Assembly: GCA_013239625.1 (NCBI GenBank)
Contig: MU056029.1
Location: forward strand, 434,001 to 498,000
Direction: 5' to 3'
DNA: 64,000 nt
Origin: Lama guanicoe
Taxonomy: Eukaryota
Part shown: piece by piece, positions 27,310 to 38,065 of the stretch
Position numbering within the stretch: position 1 is the stretch's first letter
How the letters are laid out: every line of letters begins with the position of its first letter
Made by a program: the position numbers and the translations under genes
The notes under the pieces: model-generated
Seen by the model: the letters and a program-made list of their open reading frames with translations, nothing else
Database searches by the model: none
Told to the model about the DNA's origin: nothing

Positions 27310-28500
27310 TATATAAAGGATACCATAGCCAGTCTTGGGATTTATCCCAAGAAGGCAAGATTGGTTTAACATATGAAAAATCAATGTATCACTATTTTAT
27401 TATGTTTTATTTTATCATTATATTTTTCCCACTTATCATTTATCATGTCATTTATCATATCATTTATCATCATGTTAATTTAATAAAGGGCAAAAGCCAC
27501 ATGATCACGTCAACAGATGAAGAAAAAGTATTTAACAAAATCCAACACTGTCTGGATTTGAAAAAAAGAAAAAAAGAAACCTCAACAAAATCAACAAAGT
27601 AGGAACAGAAAGGAACTTTCTCTGACTGTGGCATCTATAAAACAGCCACAGCTAGCACCATACTTAGTGGCAAAAGACAATGTTTTCACCCTCAGATCAG
27701 GAGCAAGACATGCTGATATACAGAAAATCTTAAAGGAATCCGTCCACAAAGCAACTGTGAGCTCTAATAAATGAGTTAGCAAGAGGCAAGATACAAGACC
27801 CCCAAGCAAAGGACTGACCGATACTCATTAATGCATGGAAAAACTATTTAGATCTGAATAAAAATGTAGTTTCATTTAATTGCTTTGTGCTAATGTTAAT
27901 GTCTTCATTTTGACCACTGTAATACAGCAAAGTAAAATGTTAAAATTAAAGGAAGCTTGGTGAGGGACATACTGTTTTTGCAACCTTTCTATAAGGTCTA
28001 AAATGATTTCAAAACAAAAAGTTTAAAAATTTTAGAAAGCCAAATTAGTTCCCATTGGAAAATGCGAGTGACCCAAATTAAGTGGTTCTCTCTCTTTCCT
28101 ACATGATGAGCTGTACTGCTGGGAAACCAGGGAGTGGATGAGGGGAAAGTCTTCGTATGAAAATATTCTCAACAATTAATGAAAGAATTAGACCAGCACC
28201 ATTTCCCAACCTCTAACCAATTAATCAATGTTGACGATGATTTTCAATGGCTACTAACATCACAAAAAGAGAGACTAAGGAACTTTATGTTCCTCACGAT
28301 TGAAGTACATCACTTATGCGTGTGGTTTTGACCAAAAAAAAAAAAAGAAATTCAAGCTGTGGGAAACCCTCCAGGACAAAAACTCAGTTTCTTCAAATGT
28401 ACTTTGCAAGGGTAAAAATAAACAAATAGCAAGGGGAAAAGAGAGAGAGAAAGGGAATTGCACAGGAGGAAATCAAAATAATAAAAGAGATCCAAAAGAC
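27310..28500 (+). mobile_element. Old L1 fragments (ORF2 piece and L1M 3' end)
   Basis: Peptide KGKSHMITSTDEEKVFNKIQH and L1M-type 3' motifs. Confidence 0.7.
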
Positions 28501-28574
28501 AGATCAGCCAATTGCAATGAGAACTTATTTGGATCTGATTCAAACATACAAATTGAAAAAATATATATATGAGC

Positions 28575-28790
28575 GGGAAGGGTGTAGCTCAGTGGTCAAG
28601 TGCGTGCTGAGCATGCACGAGGTCCTGGGTTCAATCTCCAGTACCGCCATTAAAAAATAGTAATAATTTAAAAATAAATAAAAAATCTTAATTACTTCCT
28701 CTCCAAAACAAACAAAAAAAACTATACAGGCTAAATGACAAAGTTCTTTGTTTTGGCCAAACAAAAAAAACAAACCAAAAAAAAAAAAAG
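28575..28790 (+). mobile_element. Vic-1-like SINE with a captured 39-bp segment and a second A tail (copy 1)
   Basis: SINE body, A-rich tail, actatacaggctaaatgacaaagttctttgttttggcca (28721-28759), then a second A-rich tail. Confidence 0.9.
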
Positions 28791-29332
28791 TATGACAATT
28801 ATGAGGCAAGTGGAAACTTGAACATAGATTGGGTATTTAATAATATTAAGAAATTAATATTAATTTTAAAATGTTAAATAGGTAAAATAATGGTATTGTA
28901 GTCTAGCTTTAAAAAGAATCACTGCTTTTCTAAAGATAAATACTGAAACATTACGGAAGAAATGTCATCTCTGGGATGCGCTTCGAAATAAAAGAGGGGG
29001 AAGGAGCGAGTGGGACAGATAAACAAGGTTGCCACGAGGTGCTAACTGTTCACCCGCCTGATGGACACACAAGAGCCCCTATGGATGTGCTGCTTTATGT
29101 ACCTGTGAACCCAGTACAACTGGAAATCAGTAGCAAAGAAATTTGGGAAACTCACAAATGTGTAGAAATCACAGCTTTCCTAAATGACCAATGGGTCAAA
29201 GAAGAAATCACCAGGGAAATTAGAAAATATTTTGAGATAAAGAAAATGTTAAAGTTTTTTTTTTTTTAATTGCAATGAGAACTTATTTGGATCTGATTCA
29301 AACATACAAATTGAAAAAATATATATATGAGC

Positions 29333-29547
29333 GGGAAGGGTGTAGCTCAGTGGTCAAGTGCGTGCTGAGCATGCACGAGGTCCTGGGTTCAATCTCCAGT
29401 ACCGCCATTAAAAAATAGTAATAATTTAAAAATAAATAAAAAATCTTAATTACTTCCTCTCCAAAACAAACAAAAAAAACTATACAGGCTAAATGACAAA
29501 GTTCTTTGTTTTGGCCAAAAAAAAAAAAAAACCAAAAAAAAAAAAAG
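29333..29547 (+). mobile_element. Duplicate of the chimeric SINE (copy 2)
   Basis: Lies within the second unit of the tandem duplication. Confidence 0.9.
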
Positions 29548-32500
29548 TATGACAATTATGAGGCAAGTGGAAACTTGAACATAGATTGGGTATTTAATAA
29601 TATTAAGAAATTAATATTAATTTTAAAATGTTAAATAGGTAAAATAATGGTATTGTAGTCTAGCTTTAAAAAGAATCACTGCTTTTCTAAAGATAAATAC
29701 TGAAACATTACGGAAGAAATGTCATCTCTGGGATGCGCTTCGAAATAAAAGAGGGGGAAGGAGCGAGTGGGACAGATAAACAAGGTTGCCACGAGGTGCT
29801 AACTGTTCACCCGCCTGATGGACACACAAGAGCCCCTATGGATGTGCTGCTTTATGTACCTGTGAACCCAGTACAACTGGAAATCAGTAGCAAAGAAATT
29901 TGGGAAACTCACAAATGTGTAGAAATCACAGCTTTCCTAAATGACCAATGGGTCAAAGAAGAAATCACCAGGGAAATTAGAAAATATTTTGAGATAAAGA
30001 AAATGTTAAAGTTTTTTTTTTTTTTGGTTTTTTGGGGTTTTTTTTTAAATAAAGCATCCTGCACTTGGGGGTGGAGCTGGCAAGTACAAAAAACTGCTAA
30101 CATAAGAGTCCTCAAGCAGGATGACTTTTGGCTCAAGCCATTGCACTGCCATCTCCTACCAGGGAGACCTAAGGCAGTGATAAAGCTCAGTTTCCTCATC
30201 TGTGAAATGGGAATATGAAACAGGACTGTCGGGAGGTTACGACGGTGAATTTTGCACTAAAATACTGCGCTCATATTAACAAGTATAAACAGGACCTCCA
30301 CATGAACAAGACTACCTTCTGAGGGCAACCAAGTTTTGAGGGAAAGAAAAGTTCTTTTTCTACAACTCAATCCCATATGTGACACATGAAAGGTTTCAAA
30401 AGAAAAATTACTTCCAGAAACCGTGTCACTGGCCATGTTCAAATATTATGCTGCAAGTGTTCCCCTACCGAGCACCCCCAAGGGATGTCCCCGGTTAAAG
30501 AAGACTTGCATTACCCTTGCAAGTCCCTGTCCCCTGGGTCCTGGGCTGGTGTCTCTGCTTCTGCAAATCTTTTACTACAAATAAGACAGATGCTGCGCTT
30601 CCCAGGAGCAAAGTTTCTGCTGCTGGCCAGGAAGAGACGTGGCTCTCAGGAAAGGAAGATCAAGGCGTGATGAATGGACAGAAAACAAAAGGAGAACATT
30701 GTTGGGTCTCATTTCAGGCTCTTCTGAAAAAACAAATCACAAAGCCAAGGTAAGCAAGTTGGACAGATAACCCTGATAAACTGGGGAAATGAAGTGAGAA
30801 TCAAAGGAAAGAGACAAAAATGAGAGTAATTCCAAGATAAGCATTGGAGCACACCTCATCTGTTTTCCCAAAAGATGATGGAAAGACACCAGGATGCCAC
30901 ACTCAAATCCCAGAACGGAGTCCAGAAGGCCCAAAAGATTCAGGGACAAGTCACCTCTGGTTAATTCATGCAGAAACTCTGTTTCCATCATCCTAGAGAC
31001 AGACACTGACAGGCGTCCGCGTCTGACTCATCACAAAGTGTATGGAAGCAAAAGGGAACACGGTATCCAATAACCCAGGCAGGGCTTGCGCAAAGGGTGG
31101 GGGGTTCACAGGACAAGAGTGCCAGCCCCTCCCAGGGTCATGGGATCAGAGCCAGAAGGAGCGTGCGGAGCTGGGGCTATTATTGCACTTCACAGGTTGG
31201 AAAACGGAGTGCAGGTGAGGCAGGGGGCTTGTGCAGAGTCCCTGCCAGTCCCGCCCAGCCTGGGACCCCCGACCTCAGGACCCATCTCCTAAAGCTTACT
31301 CTGTTTCTGGGGACAGGAGCAAGGTTTGCCGGTTTGAAGGGGTTACCCACTCGCCCCATGATCGAAAAGGTGGACGAGAGAGGTCTGACCCCGGCTTCCG
31401 CCCTTCACCTCTCTCAGGCAAATCCTCTTCCAGAAGTGTTTCTCTTTCAATTTCCCCCAACTCTTCCTCTGATAACCAGTCTCTACTTTCCTGCCACCAG
31501 AAGCACCATTCTCCGGGCTGGCTCCGCCCTCCTCTCCCCTCTCTTCTGCCCACCCAGCCAGCTTTGGGCCCTGCTGTCATTAGCTGCCCCCTCACCCCTG
31601 GGCCCTGGGGGCACCAGCCTTGTCTCAGCTGGACACTCAGTGCTTGATGCTCGTGAAAGAAAGTGAAGTCCAAGGCCCCAGCAACAGAAACTTGAGGCCG
31701 CATCACCTGCACTCACACCGGAGTGCATCCGGAGGGGGAAGGGGGGAACTCAAACACCCTCTTTCTTCCCACCTGTGCCCAGAGGGAGATGGCTTTCCAC
31801 CCAGGCATCGCGGGTCCCAAGGAGGTCTATGTGACCAAAAGGGGCTTGCATGCCTGCCCCACCCAACTAGCCCCTTGCCAGGCAATGCCCAGACTGACCC
31901 TTCCTGGGGCGGGGCCGCAGGCAGGACCTGAACCCCCAGGATCACCCACTACACTCTCGTCCTAATGGCTTGGCTCGGGAGGATTTTCCTAAACACAGTC
32001 TGAAATCCACAGATGGTCAGAGGGCTCAGGCCACAGAAACGGGAGTCGGCAGTGCCGTGGCTTCAGCCCAGAGCCTTCCCGCTCCGATGCCGTGTTGGCA
32101 GTTTTCCCATGCTGGCCATCTCCACCACCAAGAGCAGGACGCTCCTGCATTTCAACACTGCAGTTCCAATCCCTGTGTGCCGACGAGGCCGCGATGCGGA
32201 CTCTGCAGCGCCGGGCTGGGGGATGGGTACCTGGGAACCCGCCTTTCCAGCGAGCTGGACGCGGGATGCTCACAGAGGGGACACACCGCATCACCAGTGG
32301 TATAAAGATCTGATGCACTGCGCGCTGCAGTCAGCACACACAAGGCGACGTCCCAGAGAAGCTGCCGTCCAGCCAGCATCAGCAGGTTTAGCTCCCTCAC
32401 TGAAATGTGCTCTCACTCTGCATTTACAGGCTTTGCACGTCAACCAAAGCAGTGACACAACACAGAGCAGACCCTGATGTGCACATCCGTGCTGCCCCGT

Positions 32501-33644
32501 CCCTGCAGTAACCGAAGTCCCTGAAGGAACTCCGGCCACGCTCCCTGGTCCTCCGACCCCTGCCCTTCTCTGGGAGTTTCCTGCCCTGTCTCACTGGGCT
32601 AGGAGCCTCACCCAGGGCCCCCCGCACCCCACCAAGGGCCATGGACACCCCGACGGTGCAGTCGGTCCCCACGGTAAGCTCTAGGTGAGACCCAGACTCA
32701 TCCTTCCCCAGAGCCTGGCTGGGCTGCGTGAGGAACAGCTCAGGGCACTGGTTTGAGCTGATGGGCAGGAGCAGCCAGTAGCTACTGCAGCCTGAAGGCA
32801 GCGGGCGCACCAGCCGCTCTCCATTCAGAGGATGCGGAGGACTCAGAAATCCACCGTCCTCACAGCCCAGGCCTGAAAACACCAGTCGCAGACCTTCTGG
32901 GCTTGGAGGAGCCGGACCTGGCTTCTGTATGGGGATGACTCTCCTCCAGACAGACCTCCTCTCCACACACAGCTGCCACCCATCACTCCCACGGCGCCTC
33001 CCCAGACGGAAGGCCCATTCTCTCCCCGGGAAAGCATTCAAGGAATGAGACTTGGGAGCTGGGAGGTGCTGGGGAATTTCTCCTGTAAGCACCGTTCTCC
33101 CCGAGACCTCGCCCCCAAGACGGCACTGACCTTGTGAGAACCCCGGCTGGGTCAGGGCAGAAGGGGAGAGAACAGGGGTGGGCGCGTCCAGGGGCAGTGA
33201 AGGCTTCAGAATCCTGTGAAGCCTTTTGAGGTCACGGGGTCCAGGGACCGCTTTGTGGTTCTACTCTGAGTTTTCTGGTGGGCGTGTTGGGGGTGATGGT
33301 TGTTACAAGGGTCAAGTGACTTCATGGGCTGAAAGCGCTATGTCAGCTGAAGATAACCTGTTTCCTGAGCTCTAGGTATTTCTAAAAAGCAGGTGACGGG
33401 GGTTACCGGCTCAGTGATAACAGGAAGTGGTGTGTGTGCAAAGACTTCAGCCTAGAGCCCCGCTGGGTCGTGCTGTGCAGAAGAACAGACTGGACTGGGG
33501 ACACTGAGGCCGTCTGTGTATGGGGGGCTGTCTCCCTGCTTGGCTTTGGGACCTCTAGTGACCAGGAGCCAGGAAATCCCACAGCCTTTTCCATCGATGT
33601 CACACTTGCTGACTGGACGATGGGCACCCCTTGAAAGCAAGCTG

Positions 33645-33990
33645 AGCAATGTTACTCAAATGCGGGCCCTTATATAAGGGCCACCTCTGTGCTCATTAAA
33701 TACTCAGATTCCTGGGCACAGTCCCAGATGAGCTTGTCAGCTGTGTTAAGGATGGAGCCTGAGAAGAGCCAAATTCTTTATTCTTAAATTCAAATTCTAA
33801 AGTTGTTATTTTTAATAAGCTCCTCAAGTGATTCTCATAAAAATTTAAGAAGCATAAGTACCAGAATATTATAAAAGCTGTGGAGTTGGGAAGAACTGGG
33901 TCACATTCCAATACTATGACCCAGAAGCTGTGTAGCTTTGGGCAAGTTGCTTAACCTCTCTGAACCTCTGTTTACTCATGTCAATTTAAG
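33645..33990. mobile_element. MER5-like hAT MITE remnant followed by a MIR core
   Basis: cagattcctgggcacagtcccaga and taataagctcctcaagtgattctcat, then tttgggcaagttgcttaacctctctgaacctctgttt. Confidence 0.6.
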
Positions 33991-35131
33991 TATAAAGCAG
34001 AACCAGTGTTCTGGCAGGGTCAGAAATCCTTAAAGGCATTCATGGTCTTCATCCAAGCTATTCTAAGAGGCAGGAAAAACCATGACCCTTATCTTTTAGG
34101 GGAACCGTCTTCCACTGAGAGTACAAGGGAGGCCACTCACATGTGATGGAGGCTGAACGAGGCTAATGTCCTTCAACGCGGAGGCGGGTATCGGCCCCTA
34201 CATCAGGACTCATGCAAACTAAACAGGAGGGCTAAGTTTTGGATGAAGGTCAAGACCATCTGCCTTCCTGAGGCGTGCAGCCTTGAGGCGGACTCTGCTA
34301 CTAGACACAGCTCCAAGACAGGTCTGCAGCCAAGTGGCCCTCTTGGAGTGAGGAGTGTAAAAAGAGAAGAGGCAGCAGCATCCTGTACTGGCCCCGCCTG
34401 AGGGTCCAAAACTTGAGAGGTGCAGGGAGAGAAGGCGCAGGAGGAGCCCAGAGGAAGTACATTCCCAGGTACTACCCACGGGCAGGACCTCCAAGCTTCA
34501 GTCTTTCCATCTGGAAACCGCGCTTAGTTTTTAAAATACTAAACAGTTAACTACGGGATGGCACCCAGCTGGGTGCCCCGCTCACCGCACACATCAGTGG
34601 AGAGACCCCGCGGTTACTACCCCTGCCCTTTTATCCGGTCTGTGCCTGGCAAGTCAGAACTTGGTGGCAGTTTCACTCTGCTGTCCTACCCTAAGACCGC
34701 GCTTTCCATTCGCGTGTAGGTTGTTAAAGTTATTAAACAGCCTGGCCTGCGGGGTCTGGCCGAAGACTGAGGCTGCGATTTCAGGTCAGGGCGCCCAGGA
34801 ACAGATTTCCCTCTTTTTGACTTATAAGGCAGGAGCGACTGGGGACGAGGACGCCCAGCGGCCGCTGGACTCCAGCCCTGGGATCACCCTGGCTCTGACG
34901 CGGCGTCTGAGTGACAAGCGGGGACAGGGAACCCCGGCGCGCCCAGAGTCTGGGGTTTCCCGGGCCCCTGGCCCCTCCAGGCGAGGCCCTCCGCGGAGTT
35001 GAGCGGCTCTCCGGGTCTCCCCGCCCCGCGCCACTCGCGCCGCGCCCAACGCCAAGTTCCCCGGAGCGCCCGGCCCCGCGCGGACCCCGCACCACCCTGC
35101 CCCGCCCGGCCGCCCCGCCCGCCGGGCTCAC

Positions 35132-35592
35132 CTGCTGAAGACGAGGCACCCCAGGTGGTTGATCTCGTGGTCGGAGCGGTGGCGGCTGTAGTCCTCCCAC
35201 AGGTCCTTGAAGGCCGTGACGGCCAGGATGAAGAGCACGGGCGCCAGCGCCAGGCCGGGCTGGAAGGCGTTCACCGCCGGCACGAAGTTGAGCAGCGCGA
35301 TGAAGACGAAGTACACGTTGGCCAGGCGGTGGAACTGCTCGAACAGGTTTTTGGGCAGGAAGGACAGCAGAGTGTACTTGGTGGTCTTGAGCCGGTTGTC
35401 GGCCAGGTGCTGGGTGCCCGCGCACCGCCGCCGCGCGCCCTTGGCCACGCTGGTCCCGGGGTCCTCGGCGCCCGGGGGCGGCAGCAGGTTGGAGCGCACG
35501 GTGCGCGTCCTGCCCTCCCTGCGCCGCCGCCGCCGCCGCCGCCGCGCCCCCGGGGACCCGGGCTCCTCGGCCGCCGCCGGCTCCTGCTCCAT
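35132..35592 (-). CDS. ATP10A: ATP10A phospholipid-transporting P4-ATPase, first coding exon (461 nt, phase-2 donor)
   Basis: Translation [12 protein letters not shown]...[14 protein letters not shown]...[90 protein letters not shown] contains the P4-ATPase N-terminal motif and TM1-2, and its N-terminus is ATP10A-like. Strong Kozak GCCATGG. Canonical donor AG|GTGAGC at 35132/35131. Confidence 0.96.
35524..35544 (-). repeat. Coding (CGG)7 trinucleotide repeat within a 9-Arg tract
   Basis: GCG (CGG)7 CGC AGG GAG encodes A-R9-E. Confidence 0.95.
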
Positions 35593-35649
35593 GGCCGCGT
35601 GTCGCCGCGCCCGCCTCCTCCGCCGCTTGCGCCCGCCCGCGCCAGCCTC

Positions 35650-35661
35650 CTAGGTGATCAT
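35650..35661 (-). promoter_or_regulatory. Upstream ORF ATG-ATC-ACC-TAG (M-I-T-stop) in the presumed 5' UTR
   Basis: Minus strand reads gcgATGATCACCTAG. The stop lies 57 nt before the main ATG, in the same frame. Confidence 0.6.
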
Positions 35662-35732
35662 CGCGGGCGGCCCGGGCGCGGCGGCGCGGGCTCCCCGCCT
35701 GCGGGACGCACAGGGAACGCCGCGGCTCCCGG

Positions 35733-35756
35733 TCCCGCCCCGCCCCGCCCCGCGCT
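35733..35756 (-). promoter_or_regulatory. Tandem GC boxes (Sp/KLF-type) upstream of the ATG
   Basis: cccgccccgccccgccccgc gives three overlapping GGGCGG motifs on the minus strand, about 150 nt upstream of the ATG. Confidence 0.6.
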
Positions 35757-38065
35757 GGGCCGCGCCCCGGCTGGCCGGGACACCGCGGAGAGCGGGAAAC
35801 AAAAAGTCAAGCTGAAAACTTTCGTTTCCCAGAAGCATCAGTTGGGTCCCAGCACACTGCCAACGCGTCCTGCCACCGGAGGAAAGAGGAAGCCGCAGGG
35901 TGTGGGAGAAAGGGCACCGCAGGCCCCTGGCGGCTGGCGGGCTCTTCCTGGGCTGGGCCTGTCCTGGAAAGGGTCTGGGGGACCCGGGTTAGGAGCCTCC
36001 CCTAGAAATCGACTAGAATCAAAATCCACAGGACCCATGGCATTCCAGTGCTCTGATTTTTAAATATTGTTTGGGTAGGAGATTTACTTCTGGGACCCCG
36101 AGAGGATTCTTCCCTACCCTGCCCAGCCTCCATCTACTTTAAGATTAACTTCTTGGGTGACCTAGACTTTTAACTTTCGAGATCATCGCTGCCTTTCCTT
36201 ACTTCCCAAAATAGGATTTTTCCCCCTTTAATTGAAGGGAGGAATATTTCGCTGAGCAAAGGCAGGCTTTGGTCTGCTCTATTTCAGTCTCTTTTCCTCC
36301 TTGGTAAACCCTGAGAGCCAAAATATACCCAGTGTGCTCTAGTTCTAAAGTGGCCTCCGTGACCCAGACAGTGACAGGGCATTGAAGATGGTGGCTGGGA
36401 GGGGGAGAGGGTCCTGGGAGGGTGTTGCAGGAGTGGAGAAGCGTCTGCTGGGACAAAGGGTTCCCCTCAGGATTCATGGGGAATCAAGGAGAGGAGTGTG
36501 TGATGGAAAGGTGGGCAGTGGCTGGCCCTGGCAGAGGAATGGGGAGGTCCCACTTCTGGGATAAGACTTGTTCCCCAGATGTGCTACAGCGGGACAGTTC
36601 CCCCCACCCCCAGAATTACAGAGGTGAGGAGCAGGGATTTCTTGCCCAGGAGACCACAGAGTTGGAACACTTTCGTCTGGATTTGGGGAGCTGTTGGCCT
36701 TCTCCCCCTGCAGGCCAGCCCCTCTTTCTCTTCCTGCATTGAGACCTTCTGTCATGTCCCCAGGACGGCCTCAGCAGCCTCTGCTGGCCCTGAGTTCCTC
36801 CCTCAGGTGCCTGCTGACCAGTCCACCTCCCTGGCTTTGCTCAAATCACTGACCTCTTCCCCATGACCCTCTCTCAGGATGGTCTTCACCTCCCATACCT
36901 TGGCTTGTACCCCACCACACAGCCATGCCGGGGGCTCACATCTCTAAGGGAGCCTTCCCCCAGACCACAGTAGTTACTAGAATCCAGCTTAAGGAGGGGT
37001 GAGTGACAGGTCTTAAGAAAATGATCCATGTTGTATAAGAAGTCCCTTCCCCCACCATTCCCAGATCAGAGAAAACAGTTTTGACTAAAGTGCCAGCATT
37101 TTCAGGGAAAGAAATCAGGTCTCATAGTGGGACCAGTGGCATCCCAAACTGAGCACCAACAGCACAGGAATGACCACAGCTTCCTTGGTCTCCAGTCACT
37201 CTTCATCCACATTTCCTCCATCACCCAGCCCGGCTAGGCCCTGGGCCTGCTGGTTCCCTCCCTTTCCCCTCCCTACTCAATCCCCAGGGCTTTCCCAGAG
37301 CCTCAGGGTGGCTCTCCTGCCTCCCAGTTCCCTGGCTAGTGTCTGTCGCCAGGTGGCCAAGATGGTGACCTCCTTGACTACATGGCTTCATTTCCTTACC
37401 CCGGAGCTTACAGGCGCCCCTGCTGCTTAAAGTCAAAGGCTGATTTCTCGGGCAGAGGTCCCTTGAGGCCCTCAGGGAAACTGGCACCAGTTTGCGGATT
37501 TAACTCTGCCTCTCCTTCCTCCCTACAGGCCCCCGGGAGAGATTTCCTTGCCCTTCTCAGAACAGGCCCCACCTACATTCCACTCTAAGGTTCCAAGATT
37601 CTGTGAGTCACACTGCTCCTTAAGCCTGGAATCTTTCCCTACCTGCTTGTCACCAATCCAGACTCAGCATTTCTGCCAAGGCCTAGCCCATCTGGCCCCC
37701 GGGAAGGGTTCCACACTGTGTGACCCATTGGACCCGTGGAATGGCTTCGCTCTGACATGTACGCAGTGGCATGTAAACCTCTCAGACTGCTCCGCAGGAA
37801 TTCGGGGCTCGGATGTCTTCTGTCAGCAAAACGCTCAGACTCTGGCCAGCCTGGGCCAGGAGGGGGCTCAGGCGGACTCTCAAGCTGGCCATCTGGATCA
37901 CCGGGCTCTAAGGAGGCCCTGCTGCTGGTCCGCGGGCAAGTCCTATTAATTGCCCTCACTTGGCAAACTCGTATCCATCACCTGTGGTTGGCCTGGCGCG
38001 GTTCTAGCCCCTGGGGCCCAGGGGAAATGGTCTCATGGATCTAACATTCTAGGAGAACAGGCAGT

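Larger units (their letters stand above)
28510..30025. repeat. Head-to-tail tandem duplication, unit about 758 bp (28510-29267 and 29268-30025)
   Basis: Both units start aattgcaatgagaacttatttgg and end aaatgttaaag-poly(T). Identical ORF translations are offset by 757-758 nt. Confidence 0.97.
1..35131 (-). other. ATP10A: ATP10A intron 1 (partial, runs off the window start)
   Basis: Begins GTGAGC after exon 1. No match to the expected exon 2 peptide (EEKKYVNRFWKEI-like) was seen downstream. Repeat-rich. Confidence 0.85.
34830..35950. promoter_or_regulatory. CpG island / ATP10A promoter, 5' UTR and exon 1
   Basis: Very GC- and CpG-dense compared with its flanks, and spans the start codon. No obvious TATA box. 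Confidence 0.9.

Noticed and set aside
35128..35131. Apparent stop making ATP10A a 154-aa single-exon ORF
   Set aside because: The TGA lies within the splice donor GTGAG, so it is intronic.
34999..36063. 354-aa plus-strand ORF, and the 214-aa ORF at 34781-35425, overlapping exon 1
   Set aside because: Stop-poor shadow frames of a GC-rich CpG island and coding exon, with low-complexity Pro/Arg/Gly composition and no recognisable domain.
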